Positions 7,640-16,060 of a stretch of 57,432 bases of DNA are shown here, one piece after another; the stretch's first letter is position 1; each line of letters begins with the position of its first letter. Below the pieces are notes generated by a model. That model was given only the letters and a program-made list of their open reading frames with translations. It was not told the DNA's origin and did no database searches. The translations under genes were made by a program, and so were the position numbers. The DNA is taken from IMG/VR virus record IMGVR_UViG_3300035703_000111, positions 1 through 57,432 of that record; one strand, written 5' to 3'. The stretch comes from a virus (lineage: Duplodnaviria > Caudoviricetes).

Positions 7640-8091
7640 TACTTGATTCCTAATTCCGACTCTGTAATAATTTTAAATCCTATCATGCGATCGTCACACC
7701 ATTCTTGAATGGATTTCCATTTTGCTTGATTGATTGCATAGGTTTTAACTTCATTGATATATGTTTGTTGTTTTTTATTTCCTTTTATTGGGGGTACAGT
7801 CTGTCTTTTTGGTTTTATTTCTATAATATATTTTCTCACTTTATTATCGTTTTCTAGCACCTCAATAATAAAATCAGGAAAGTATCTACAAACTTTATTT
7901 TTCACTGGGTTAAAATACGGAACAAAAAATTCTTCTGATCCATATCTTAATACACTAGGTGTTCTATCACACCATCGCATAAACTTTAATTCCCAAGAAC
8001 TTCTATACACTATGTTTTTTGGATTTCCAATATATTTTTCTGGATTTTGTGGGTGAAAAAATCCCTGATGATACTTTGAATCACGCGGCAT
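7639..8091 (-). CDS. gp4: head completion nuclease (TnsA-like)
   Basis: P.NPEKY.G....IVYRSSWE..FM..CD...SEE..PY...RYFPDF...IEIKP..QT..N.AKW. Confidence 0.92.
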   Translation of the reverse strand: MPRDSKYHQGFFHPQNPEKYIGNPKNIVYRSSWELKFMRWCDRTPSVLRYGSEEFFVPYFNPVKNKVCRYFPDFIIEVLENDNKVRKYIIEIKPKRQTVPPIKGNKKQQTYINEVKTYAINQAKWKSIQEWCDDRMIGFKIITESELGIK

Positions 8092-8119
8092 TTTCCATCC
8101 TTTAATATACGAGTAAAAA

Positions 8120-8127
8120 TATTTATC
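8120..8127 (-). promoter_or_regulatory. T4-type late promoter for gp4-gp2
   Basis: GATAAATA on the minus strand about 30 nt upstream of the gp4 start. Confidence 0.55.
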
Positions 8128-8130
8128 CGC

Positions 8131-8159
8131 TTGACATGGCGCAGAGGAACCAGTATAAT
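8131..8159 (+). promoter_or_regulatory. consensus sigma70 promoter for gp32
   Basis: TTGACA-17 nt-TATAAT. Confidence 0.85.
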
Positions 8160-8233
8160 AAGAAAGTTCGGGCTTGGCATCCCTTCACCTAGAGTGATAA
8201 AGTTGTCCACAGGCCAAATACGAAAAAAATCTA

Positions 8234-9202
8234 ATGTCTTTCGAATCTCTTAAAAAGCAATCTAAATTTGGTTCTCTCACCGAAAAATTGGTGAAAGAAG
8301 TTGAAAAAATGAATAGCAACGGTTCCAGTTCTGCAGATGATCGTTTCTGGAAACCGACAATGGGTAAAGATGGCGTAGGATCTGCAGTAATTCGATTTCT
8401 TCCTGCACCAGAAGGTGAAGATATTCCTTGGACTAAAATGTTTTCTCATGGATTCCAAGGTCCTGGTGGATGGTATATTGAAAACTCTCTGACTACGATT
8501 GGTCAAAAAGATCCTGTTTCTGAGCACAATCGTGAACTCTGGAATAGTGGTCATGATGCTGATAAAGAAACCGTTCGTAAGCAGAAGCGTAAACTGTCTT
8601 ATTACAGCAATATCTACGTTGTAAAAGATCCTGCAAATCCACAAAACGAAGGTAAAGTCTTCCTGTTTAAGTATGGTAAGAAGATCTTTGATAAGATCAT
8701 GGAAGCAATGCAACCTGAGTTTGAGGACGAGACTCCTATCAATCCTTTTGACTTCTGGCAGGGAGCAAACTTCCGTCTTAAATTGGTCAAGAAGGATGGT
8801 TACTGGAATTATGATAAATCTGATTTTGCTCCTGTCTCACCTCTACTGGAAGATGATGATGCTCTAGAAGCAGTCTGGAAAAAAGAATATTCATTGTCTG
8901 CAATTGTTGCACCTGATCAGTTCAAGTCTTATGAAGAACTTGAAAAGCGTTTGAACTATGTTCTAGGTGTTGGTAAAGTAGCGCCAAAGTCTGCATCTGC
9001 TGATGAAGAGGAGGAGTATGAATCTTATACCCCTCGTCAATCTTATGAAGAGAATGTAATGCAAGAACTTGAAGAGTCTTATCGTAAGAGTAAGAGTGCT
9101 CCTGTTCCTGAAAATCTAAAGAAAGAACTTAATAATCTTTCTTCTGGAGATGAAGATGAAGATGATGCTCTTTCATACTTCCAGAAACTTGTAGACGACT
9201 GA
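8234..9202 (+). CDS. gp32: single-stranded DNA binding protein
   Basis: DDRFWKP...G.G.AVIRFLP, WYIENSLTTIG, KRKLSYY.NI.VVKDP, FKYGKKIFDKI, acidic C-tail. Confidence 0.97.
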   Translation: MSFESLKKQSKFGSLTEKLVKEVEKMNSNGSSSADDRFWKPTMGKDGVGSAVIRFLPAPEGEDIPWTKMFSHGFQGPGGWYIENSLTTIGQKDPVSEHNRELWNSGHDADKETVRKQKRKLSYYSNIYVVKDPANPQNEGKVFLFKYGKKIFDKIMEAMQPEFEDETPINPFDFWQGANFRLKLVKKDGYWNYDKSDFAPVSPLLEDDDALEAVWKKEYSLSAIVAPDQFKSYEELEKRLNYVLGVGKVAPKSASADEEEEYESYTPRQSYEENVMQELEESYRKSKSAPVPENLKKELNNLSSGDEDEDDALSYFQKLVDD

Positions 9203-10222
9203 TTACTCAAATAGTCTAATATTATCTCCTTTCTTCAAGGTGGAACTTACATATTGAGTTCCACCTTTTTTGTATTCCATCAGATCTTCAAGATCATTGA
9301 AGATTACATTCAGGTATCTTGGTTTTAGTACATATATGTTTCTTTTTCTATCTTCAATTTGAGACTCATATTCATAATTTGTGACAGGAACTAAGAAAGA
9401 AGTTGATGGTATTTGCACTAAAGATTCTAGTCCAGAATCATAGTATTCATAGTAGTATGAGTTTCCTGTGAATTGGCCGTTCTCAATAGTAAAAAGTGCT
9501 TCCTCCTGTTTACTTGTACTCATTGTTGGACTTGCAACAGTTGGAGTGGAAGGTAATTCATATGTAAATGATCTTGCAGATCCATCATCAAAAGGAATAT
9601 AAACTGAAGTTACCCTGTATCTTCCGTTATATACTCTCTCTGATATATTATTGATTGTCACTTCTGATCCTACTTGTAGACCTTGAATACCATTGCTCAT
9701 GGTAACAGTCACCGTAGTTGAAGGAATTTGGCCATTACCAGAAAATATCTGACTGATTTTTGAGTTATTAATTTCTACAAAGTTTCCATTTGTTTTCCAT
9801 TGATTTGGCATTCTAAGACCTTCTGGAATTAAAGTAATTCCATTCGAATCTGAAAGTTTTTGAGTTTGATAGTGATGAATACCTGAATATAGATTTTCAT
9901 ATGATCCATATTTTTCAAGCATAATCTTATCAAAAGATACTTGAGTTAATGGCCACTCTGATTGTACATTCAAGATATTATTGGACAGCAGAACTACCCA
10001 ATCTAAAGTTGAGTCTTCGTAAATTTTATTTGCAACATTATCAGGTCTCTCATCACCTACAATTTTGTATTTGGTGAAGAATGCAAGGTTTCCAAAGATG
10101 TCTTCTCTGAGTTTTGCTCGTTTAAATAAATTTTTTACATTAGTAAAATCTGTTATCTGTGCATCCAGATTACGATTGACATATGAAAAATTAGGTACTT
10201 GTCTGAAGTATGGTTTAGTCAT
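9203..10222 (-). CDS. gp53: baseplate wedge subunit
   Basis: YF...PNF.Y, ERPD.VA..IY....LDWVVLL.NNI...EWP, IHHY, VTNYEYE...KR.I..LKP.YL. Confidence 0.9.
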   Translation of the reverse strand: MTKPYFRQVPNFSYVNRNLDAQITDFTNVKNLFKRAKLREDIFGNLAFFTKYKIVGDERPDNVANKIYEDSTLDWVVLLSNNILNVQSEWPLTQVSFDKIMLEKYGSYENLYSGIHHYQTQKLSDSNGITLIPEGLRMPNQWKTNGNFVEINNSKISQIFSGNGQIPSTTVTVTMSNGIQGLQVGSEVTINNISERVYNGRYRVTSVYIPFDDGSARSFTYELPSTPTVASPTMSTSKQEEALFTIENGQFTGNSYYYEYYDSGLESLVQIPSTSFLVPVTNYEYESQIEDRKRNIYVLKPRYLNVIFNDLEDLMEYKKGGTQYVSSTLKKGDNIRLFE

Positions 10223-10224
10223 TT

Positions 10225-11655
10225 TTAGTATCCCATTGATTTCTTGGAATCTTCGTCATCATAATCATCCTTATAAATTGGTTCTAACTCGGAAAATTCT
10301 AGATCAATTTGATAAGATGTCATAGATCCTCCATCCGCATATGTCATGTATGTTCCATCAGGAGTGTAGTTCACATTAAAATTTGTGAGTGCGCAGGGTT
10401 TAATAATGTTTAGATATGGATGTGGTTGTGAACCTTTATACAAATATTGAAGTTTAAAAACATTTGGTGTTGTTAAGAACATTTTATTTGCTGTCCTTTT
10501 TATTGCCATTTCTCTTTTGAATAATGTTATAATTCCTTTAATTTGCTCTGCTTCTTTCTTTTCTCTTGGAGTGAGTCTATAACTATATCTAAATGTTCTG
10601 AGTCTAGGTCCTCTAAACAAAAGTTCTAAGTTAGGATTTACAACCATTCCAGTTCCTCTTGTTAGAAGATTTGCACCAACTGCTTGACCAGCAAAATATG
10701 CAGAAATAAATGATGACATTTCTTGATTATTTGCCAAATCGCCAATTGCATTATAGATGTCTTGGCCAAAATTTCTCAAAGCTCCTCCCACATCATTTCC
10801 AGCTTGAGTAATCGCGTTCATTGCAATCCCACCAAATCTAGCTTGTAAAGGATTGAGTTCATCAGATGCCCAGTCAACAGAATTTGAATCTGATATATTT
10901 GGTTGCATTGGCAAAATTACATTTGCAATACTTTCTGTTATTCTTGTGTTTACACTTTCTGGAGAAAAATTATCAGTTCCAGTAGGAAATCCTGATCTAA
11001 CATATTTTAATACAGTTATTTTCAAATAATCATAGTCATTACTTGGATCAGGATTTAATGGGTATCTATAAGATCTCGTTGGTCCAGAATATTCTCCTGT
11101 ACCTTCTTCAGCAGTTAGTGTAGATAGAGATTGAAGACCTTGATCGGCATTTGGATCTACAGTTGATGCTAGTGTAGATGGATCTTGGGTCGGATCTTGA
11201 GTTGGATCTTGAGTTGGATCTGGACTTTGTGGGTCTGGAGCAGGTGGTTGTGTAGCTGGAGGATTTGATATCCCTAATAAACTATTTACCTGAGATGCTG
11301 ATGGACTTGATCCTATAGTTCCATCTGGATTTTTTATTGTAAGACCACTAGTTACATGATATCTTGTTTGTGATGTAATTGTATTTTTAAAATCTGTATC
11401 TGTAGTTATTATTTTTTGCAAATTTACATCATAATTTTTTCCATCATTTGTTAGTGTTATTGGTTTTCCTGGATCATAAAATGCTACTAGTGTTCTTCCT
11501 CCAATATTTAATGGAGCATTTTCTACAATGTATATTGCCGTTCTTTTTGTTTCTGATGTGAATTCTGTTGCGAAAATGGTATTTTGTTTTTTTCCACCTT
11601 GGGAAGTCCAATTAATAACATTTCCTTGTCCATTAGTTCCTTTAAAAACAGGCAT
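10225..11655 (-). CDS. gp48: baseplate tail-tube cap
   Basis: YRYP, ILPMQP.I.D.N.V.W, NPNLELLF.GP.LRTF...L.PR...EA, KPCAL....VNYTPDG, L.F.ELEPI. Confidence 0.9.
   Translation of the reverse strand: MPVFKGTNGQGNVINWTSQGGKKQNTIFATEFTSETKRTAIYIVENAPLNIGGRTLVAFYDPGKPITLTNDGKNYDVNLQKIITTDTDFKNTITSQTRYHVTSGLTIKNPDGTIGSSPSASQVNSLLGISNPPATQPPAPDPQSPDPTQDPTQDPTQDPSTLASTVDPNADQGLQSLSTLTAEEGTGEYSGPTRSYRYPLNPDPSNDYDYLKITVLKYVRSGFPTGTDNFSPESVNTRITESIANVILPMQPNISDSNSVDWASDELNPLQARFGGIAMNAITQAGNDVGGALRNFGQDIYNAIGDLANNQEMSSFISAYFAGQAVGANLLTRGTGMVVNPNLELLFRGPRLRTFRYSYRLTPREKKEAEQIKGIITLFKREMAIKRTANKMFLTTPNVFKLQYLYKGSQPHPYLNIIKPCALTNFNVNYTPDGTYMTYADGGSMTSYQIDLEFSELEPIYKDDYDDEDSKKSMGY
11180..11220. repeat. 12-bp tandem repeat (DPTQ)x3 in the gp48 linker
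   Basis: ggatcttgggtc ggatcttgagtt ggatcttgagtt ggatc. Confidence 0.8.
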
Positions 11656-11717
11656 CAGAAATTCTCCTCAATCGCAAGAGGATTAATCATCTCAATTTTT
11701 TGTAGAATATGAGACAT
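11655..11717 (-). CDS. 20-aa upstream micro-ORF coupled to gp48
   Basis: MSHILQKIEMINPLAIEENF; TGA overlaps the gp48 ATG (TGATG); lies between the late promoter and gp48. Confidence 0.4.
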   Translation of the reverse strand: MSHILQKIEMINPLAIEENF

Positions 11718-11735
11718 TTATAATTGGTTTTTATT

Positions 11736-11743
11736 TATTTATA
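11736..11743 (-). promoter_or_regulatory. T4-type late promoter
   Basis: TATAAATA on the minus strand upstream of gp48/gp53. Confidence 0.75.
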
Positions 11744-11818
11744 GACCAAGTTTGTCTTCTTTGAAGATATTTTTTTTCTCCTCTCATAAATATATAATAA
11801 ATCTCTCAACATTTATAA

Positions 11819-12724
11819 ATGTCTGGTATTGTTTCACCAAAAAGACTTTCTGTTGATTTTATAAAATCTAGACTTTTAAATGTTGCTCAAACATCATTGT
11901 ATCAATTAACCATTGGTACAAAGGGACCACTGCAGACATTTTTAAATTCAGATTATAGACTTTCTAAGAACTATAATGGAGTTATAGAAAATATTCAACT
12001 TTTATGTGCCGAAGCATCTCTACCCGGATCATCATTGGCAACTCATGAAGTAACTAATGACTATCATGGTGTGACAGAAAAAATGGCATATAGAAGAATA
12101 TATGATGATTCTATTGATTTGACTTTCTATGTTGATAGATCTTATGATGTTATTGAGTTTTTTGATGGATGGATGAATTATATTGTTGGAGAAGGTAGTA
12201 GAACAGAATCTCCAAGATCTTTATATAAGAATAGATATAAAAATTATAGAATGTTATATCCATCAGAATATACTTCTACTTTATATCTTACGAAGTTTGA
12301 AAAAGATCATCATACTTTCAATTCCACTGCTAGAAAGGATAGTATGACATATACTTTTATTGAGGCATTTCCTACTAATATTGTTTCTATGCCAGTTTCA
12401 TATGAAGCAAGTAATATATTAAAGTGTACGGTTTCTTTTTCCTACATTAGATATGTTAGAGAGAGAATTGTTTCTTCAATTCCTTCCAGTGTACAAAATA
12501 GTAGAAATCCTGGAAATCCTGAAGCTAAAGTAGCAAATCAATTTGGTCCAGCATTTAATGGAGATCCATATACAATCAATCAAAATATTCCTGGCGCTTT
12601 TTCTGGTAATGTTTTGGAAGGTGATGAACTTTTCAATTCTAGACCTTCTAGAGTAGAAGAAGGTCTTCCATATGTCGGAAGATTCGAGGGTCAGGGTCCA
12701 ATAGCACCATTTTCTGGTATCTAA
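11819..12724 (+). CDS. tail tube-like protein (gp19/gp54 family, baseplate-tube initiator)
   Basis: LLC.EASLPG..L.T, E..AY.R.YD..I.LTFYVD.....EFFD.W, Y.F..AFP..I......Y......V.F.Y: tube-fold signature. Confidence 0.8.
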   Translation: MSGIVSPKRLSVDFIKSRLLNVAQTSLYQLTIGTKGPLQTFLNSDYRLSKNYNGVIENIQLLCAEASLPGSSLATHEVTNDYHGVTEKMAYRRIYDDSIDLTFYVDRSYDVIEFFDGWMNYIVGEGSRTESPRSLYKNRYKNYRMLYPSEYTSTLYLTKFEKDHHTFNSTARKDSMTYTFIEAFPTNIVSMPVSYEASNILKCTVSFSYIRYVRERIVSSIPSSVQNSRNPGNPEAKVANQFGPAFNGDPYTINQNIPGAFSGNVLEGDELFNSRPSRVEEGLPYVGRFEGQGPIAPFSGI

Positions 12725-12759
12725 TAAATAATCATACTGAAATTTTTCTATAGGTCATT

Positions 12760-13479
12760 ATGCCTTTACCTACAATTGCAACACCAACTTATGAACTTGA
12801 GTTGCCTTCCACAGAACAAAAAATTAAGTATAGGCCTTTTCTTGTAAAGGAAGAAAAACTTCTTTTGTTAGCATTAGAGACAGAAGATACAAAAGAAATT
12901 ACAAACACAATAAAGCAGGTATTAAAAAATTGCGTTCAAGGAAGAGGAATAAAAATTGAAAGTCTACCGACATTTGACATAGAATATCTTTTCTTAAATA
13001 TCCGAGGAAAATCTGTTGGTGAAAGTGTAGAAGTAAATCTTATCGCACCGGATGATAGAGAAACATCGGTTTCTGTTGTTATTAATCTGGATGATATTAA
13101 AGTTAAAAAATCTCCAGACCATAAAAAGCAAATCAAACTTGATGATAGTTTGGTGATGGAAATGAAATATCCGTCACTAGACCAATTTATCAAGAGCAAT
13201 TTTGACTTTTCTCAGGATGGAAATATTGATCAATCATTTGAACTCATAGCATCCTGTATTGACAAGATTTACAATGAAGAAGAAGTTTGGTCAGCTTCTG
13301 ATGTTACTAAAAAAGAATTGATGGAATTTCTAGAACAAATGAATAGCATTCAATTTAAACAAATTGAGAAATTCTTTGAAACAATGCCAAAACTTTCTCA
13401 TGAAGTAACATTTACAAATCCTAAAACTGGAATAGAGAGTACTGTGCTTCTAGAAGGGTTATCAAGTTTTTTCAGTTAA
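12760..13479 (+). CDS. gp26: baseplate hub assembly protein
   Basis: MPLP.I.TPTYEL.LPS....IKYRPFLVKEEK.LL.A, FDIEYLFLNIRGKSVGE, FFETMPKL. Confidence 0.92.
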   Translation: MPLPTIATPTYELELPSTEQKIKYRPFLVKEEKLLLLALETEDTKEITNTIKQVLKNCVQGRGIKIESLPTFDIEYLFLNIRGKSVGESVEVNLIAPDDRETSVSVVINLDDIKVKKSPDHKKQIKLDDSLVMEMKYPSLDQFIKSNFDFSQDGNIDQSFELIASCIDKIYNEEEVWSASDVTKKELMEFLEQMNSIQFKQIEKFFETMPKLSHEVTFTNPKTGIESTVLLEGLSSFFS

Positions 13480-13658
13480 TGATGGTTCACATGGACTTGG
13501 AGAACTACTACAAGATAAATTTTGCCCTCATGCAGTTCCATAAATATTCATTAACAGAGATTGAAAATATGATGCCTTGGGAGCGTGACATTTATGTTGG
13601 ATTACTCCAAAATCATCTGGAAGAAGAAAAACTAAGACAACAACAAAATGGCGGTTGA
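13479..13658 (+). CDS. gp51: baseplate hub assembly catalyst (59 aa)
   Basis: Not in ORF track. YYKINFALMQFHKYSLTEIENMMPWERDIYV.LL is the cyanophage gp51 signature. Confidence 0.88.
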   Translation: MMVHMDLENYYKINFALMQFHKYSLTEIENMMPWERDIYVGLLQNHLEEEKLRQQQNGG

Positions 13659-16056
13659 AGCACCATCCGGAATAGTAAAATGGTATAATTCTCCAGTTGG
13701 CGAGAGGACTTGGAATAATTTTAGAGCTCAATTGACTGGTAAGGATTATCCTGGTGCTTCTAGAAAAACTTCATATGTTAAATTGACTGATAAGGAAGCA
13801 GATGAAGTAATAGAAAATATAAAAAATGATCCAGAGGGAGTTCCTTTTTTCGATGAAGCAAATGCACCAGATAAAGCCGAAGAATATCAAAGATGGTTAG
13901 TCTCAAGATATCTTACCAAACCTAGAGAAAACACATTTGATAATACTCAAAAAGAATCATCAGCACCCGAACCAACATCTTCGGCATTAGTTCCCGTAAG
14001 GGTTAACAATGACAACTTAGTGGAAGAAAAGATTGATGAAAGAATTCTTGCAATCTTAGGAATAGGAGATGTTTTTGATTTAACTTATGAAGAGTATATT
14101 TCTTTACTTAAAGAGAAATCAATAGAGTATCGAATGTCCGGTGCTGATCTTCCTACTGAAAGTGTTGAATTAATAACCGAAGAATTTAAAAGAGTAAAGG
14201 GAAAATCTGGAAAATTTAAAGTTAAATCAGAAAAAATAAATATTGCAAAAGTTATTGATAAAAGAACTGGGTATTCTGGTAAAGATACTTTAGATCCTAA
14301 AAAACTTTTACCTCCAGGTAAAGAAGACGAAGAGGAAAAAAGTTTCCAAAAAGACATATTAAATTTTTTAAAGAATGATCTTCTCGATACCTTAAAATCT
14401 ATTAATTCTGTCGTAGTTGATATTCTCGATATTTTAAAAGAACAGAGAGAAATAGATAAGAAAAAGACGGAACAAGAAAGAAGAACTGCAGAAATTGAAA
14501 AGAAAAAATCAAGTGAGGCAAAATTAGAAAGACAAAATAATAAAGAAGGTACTGATGCTGTAAATAAAATCACAAAACCATTTACTAGTTTTTTCGATAC
14601 AATTAAAAACTTTTTGATGAATGTTTTATTAGGATCTGCTATAAACTTTTTATTATCAGTCATTAAAGATCCTAGTATTATTCTTACACCGTTGAAAAAT
14701 TTTGCCAATATGATTATTGGTTTTTTAAATGGTATTATTAGTTTCTTGTGGAATTTAGTTGTGTCGCCAATTAACTTTGTAATCGCCGGAATTAATAATG
14801 GTATTCAAGGCCTCATTAATCAAATTAATAATGCAATACGATTGATACCTGGAACAAGACCTATTGTTGGTCCGCAGATTCCAACTATTCCAGGACCTCC
14901 ACAGATACCAACATTTTCAGTTCAGCAACAAGAAGGTGGTGGAGAAACAATTAACGTTGGTGATATCTCATTAATGAGTGGTGGTGGAAAAACAATTAAC
15001 GTTGGTGATATCTCATTAATGAGTGGTGGTGGAAAAACAATTAACGTTGGTGATATCTCATTAATGAGTGGTGGTGGAGTTGATAAGAAAACAGGTGTTA
15101 AGGTATCTGGTTTTGGAAAAGATACTCAGCTAACTGCATTATCTCCAGGTGAGGTTGTATTCAGTAATCCTGCAGCGGATTTTTGGGGAAGAGATAATCT
15201 ACTTGCAATGAATGCCATGGGTGGTGGAACTAATAAACCTAAATTTGGTAGTCTTGGTATTCAAACAATGCAAGGTGGTGGTGTGGCTGGAGGAGGAGGT
15301 AGAATAATTTTTGGTGCAGGACACGCTGCAAGAACAAAAGGTAGTTCTGTAGGAACTGATAATTTACCCGTTCAAGGAACTACTGATCCTAGAACAGGAG
15401 TGAGTGAATCTAGAGCGATGATGCATTTGATAGAATCGATGCAAAGAATAGTGTCTTCAAATCCACAGATTTATTCTAATATTGGTTTTCAAAATATTAC
15501 AGAAACAAAGGGTCTTCGTGGAATGAGATCAACAACAAAGCAAATTGAAGGCAGTGGAAATCAGTTTGTAGAGTTGCATTTAGATCAATTTGGTGGTGGA
15601 GGTAGGTCTGGTGTTATTTCTAGAAATAGAACATCTGTTGATAATTCTCTTGGAGCACTATTTGGATTTTTTCCAAAGAATTTTAAACAAGGTGATCTTG
15701 CTATTCCTGATGAAGGAGGAACAATTGTTGAACTTTCTGCAGTTGATGATCCAAAACTTCGCCCATTTTTGAATGAAGTCAAGCAAAATAAATATGGACC
15801 AGCAACACAAGAACTCGCAACTAAATTATTAACTGCTGTTGTTGGTAAGAATATTCCAAAAGCACCAAATCTTCCTCCACCACCACCATCTCAACCGAGA
15901 GTTACTATGTTACCTGTTCCTGTAAATTCTGGAGGTGGTCAAGTTCCATCAAGTTCTTCTTCTGCAAATCAAGCAGAAGTTCCATCTTTTTCTGCAGAAG
16001 ATCCAAAGAATATGAGTACTTTGGTAGTCAAAGCAATTTACAACATGGTAGGATAG
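13648..16056 (+). CDS. tape-measure/hub-like virion protein with C-terminal N-acetylmuramoyl-L-alanine amidase-like domain
   Basis: Coiled-coil and hydrophobic middle region; IIFGAGH...E...FVELHLD...TIVELS matches Amidase_3 Zn/catalytic motifs (about 15300-15840). Confidence 0.65.
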   Translation: MAVEAPSGIVKWYNSPVGERTWNNFRAQLTGKDYPGASRKTSYVKLTDKEADEVIENIKNDPEGVPFFDEANAPDKAEEYQRWLVSRYLTKPRENTFDNTQKESSAPEPTSSALVPVRVNNDNLVEEKIDERILAILGIGDVFDLTYEEYISLLKEKSIEYRMSGADLPTESVELITEEFKRVKGKSGKFKVKSEKINIAKVIDKRTGYSGKDTLDPKKLLPPGKEDEEEKSFQKDILNFLKNDLLDTLKSINSVVVDILDILKEQREIDKKKTEQERRTAEIEKKKSSEAKLERQNNKEGTDAVNKITKPFTSFFDTIKNFLMNVLLGSAINFLLSVIKDPSIILTPLKNFANMIIGFLNGIISFLWNLVVSPINFVIAGINNGIQGLINQINNAIRLIPGTRPIVGPQIPTIPGPPQIPTFSVQQQEGGGETINVGDISLMSGGGKTINVGDISLMSGGGKTINVGDISLMSGGGVDKKTGVKVSGFGKDTQLTALSPGEVVFSNPAADFWGRDNLLAMNAMGGGTNKPKFGSLGIQTMQGGGVAGGGGRIIFGAGHAARTKGSSVGTDNLPVQGTTDPRTGVSESRAMMHLIESMQRIVSSNPQIYSNIGFQNITETKGLRGMRSTTKQIEGSGNQFVELHLDQFGGGGRSGVISRNRTSVDNSLGALFGFFPKNFKQGDLAIPDEGGTIVELSAVDDPKLRPFLNEVKQNKYGPATQELATKLLTAVVGKNIPKAPNLPPPPPSQPRVTMLPVPVNSGGGQVPSSSSSANQAEVPSFSAEDPKNMSTLVVKAIYNMVG
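14935..15078 (+). repeat. 45-bp near-perfect tandem repeat x3.2 (GGGKTINVGDISLMS)
   Basis: Three copies differing at one base, in frame within the CDS. Confidence 0.95.
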
Positions 16057-16060
16057 AATC

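Noticed and set aside
13528-13731. Minus-strand 67-aa ORF
   Set aside because: The plus-strand gp51 ORF (13479..13658), missed by the track, explains this region.
14085-14708. 207-aa antisense ORF, and the other antisense ORFs in the track
   Set aside because: Shadows of well-supported sense genes with low-complexity F/L/S composition and no motifs.
14935-15078. Regular repeats resembling a mini-CRISPR array
   Set aside because: Head-to-tail 45-bp units with no unique spacers, in frame within a CDS, and no cas genes.
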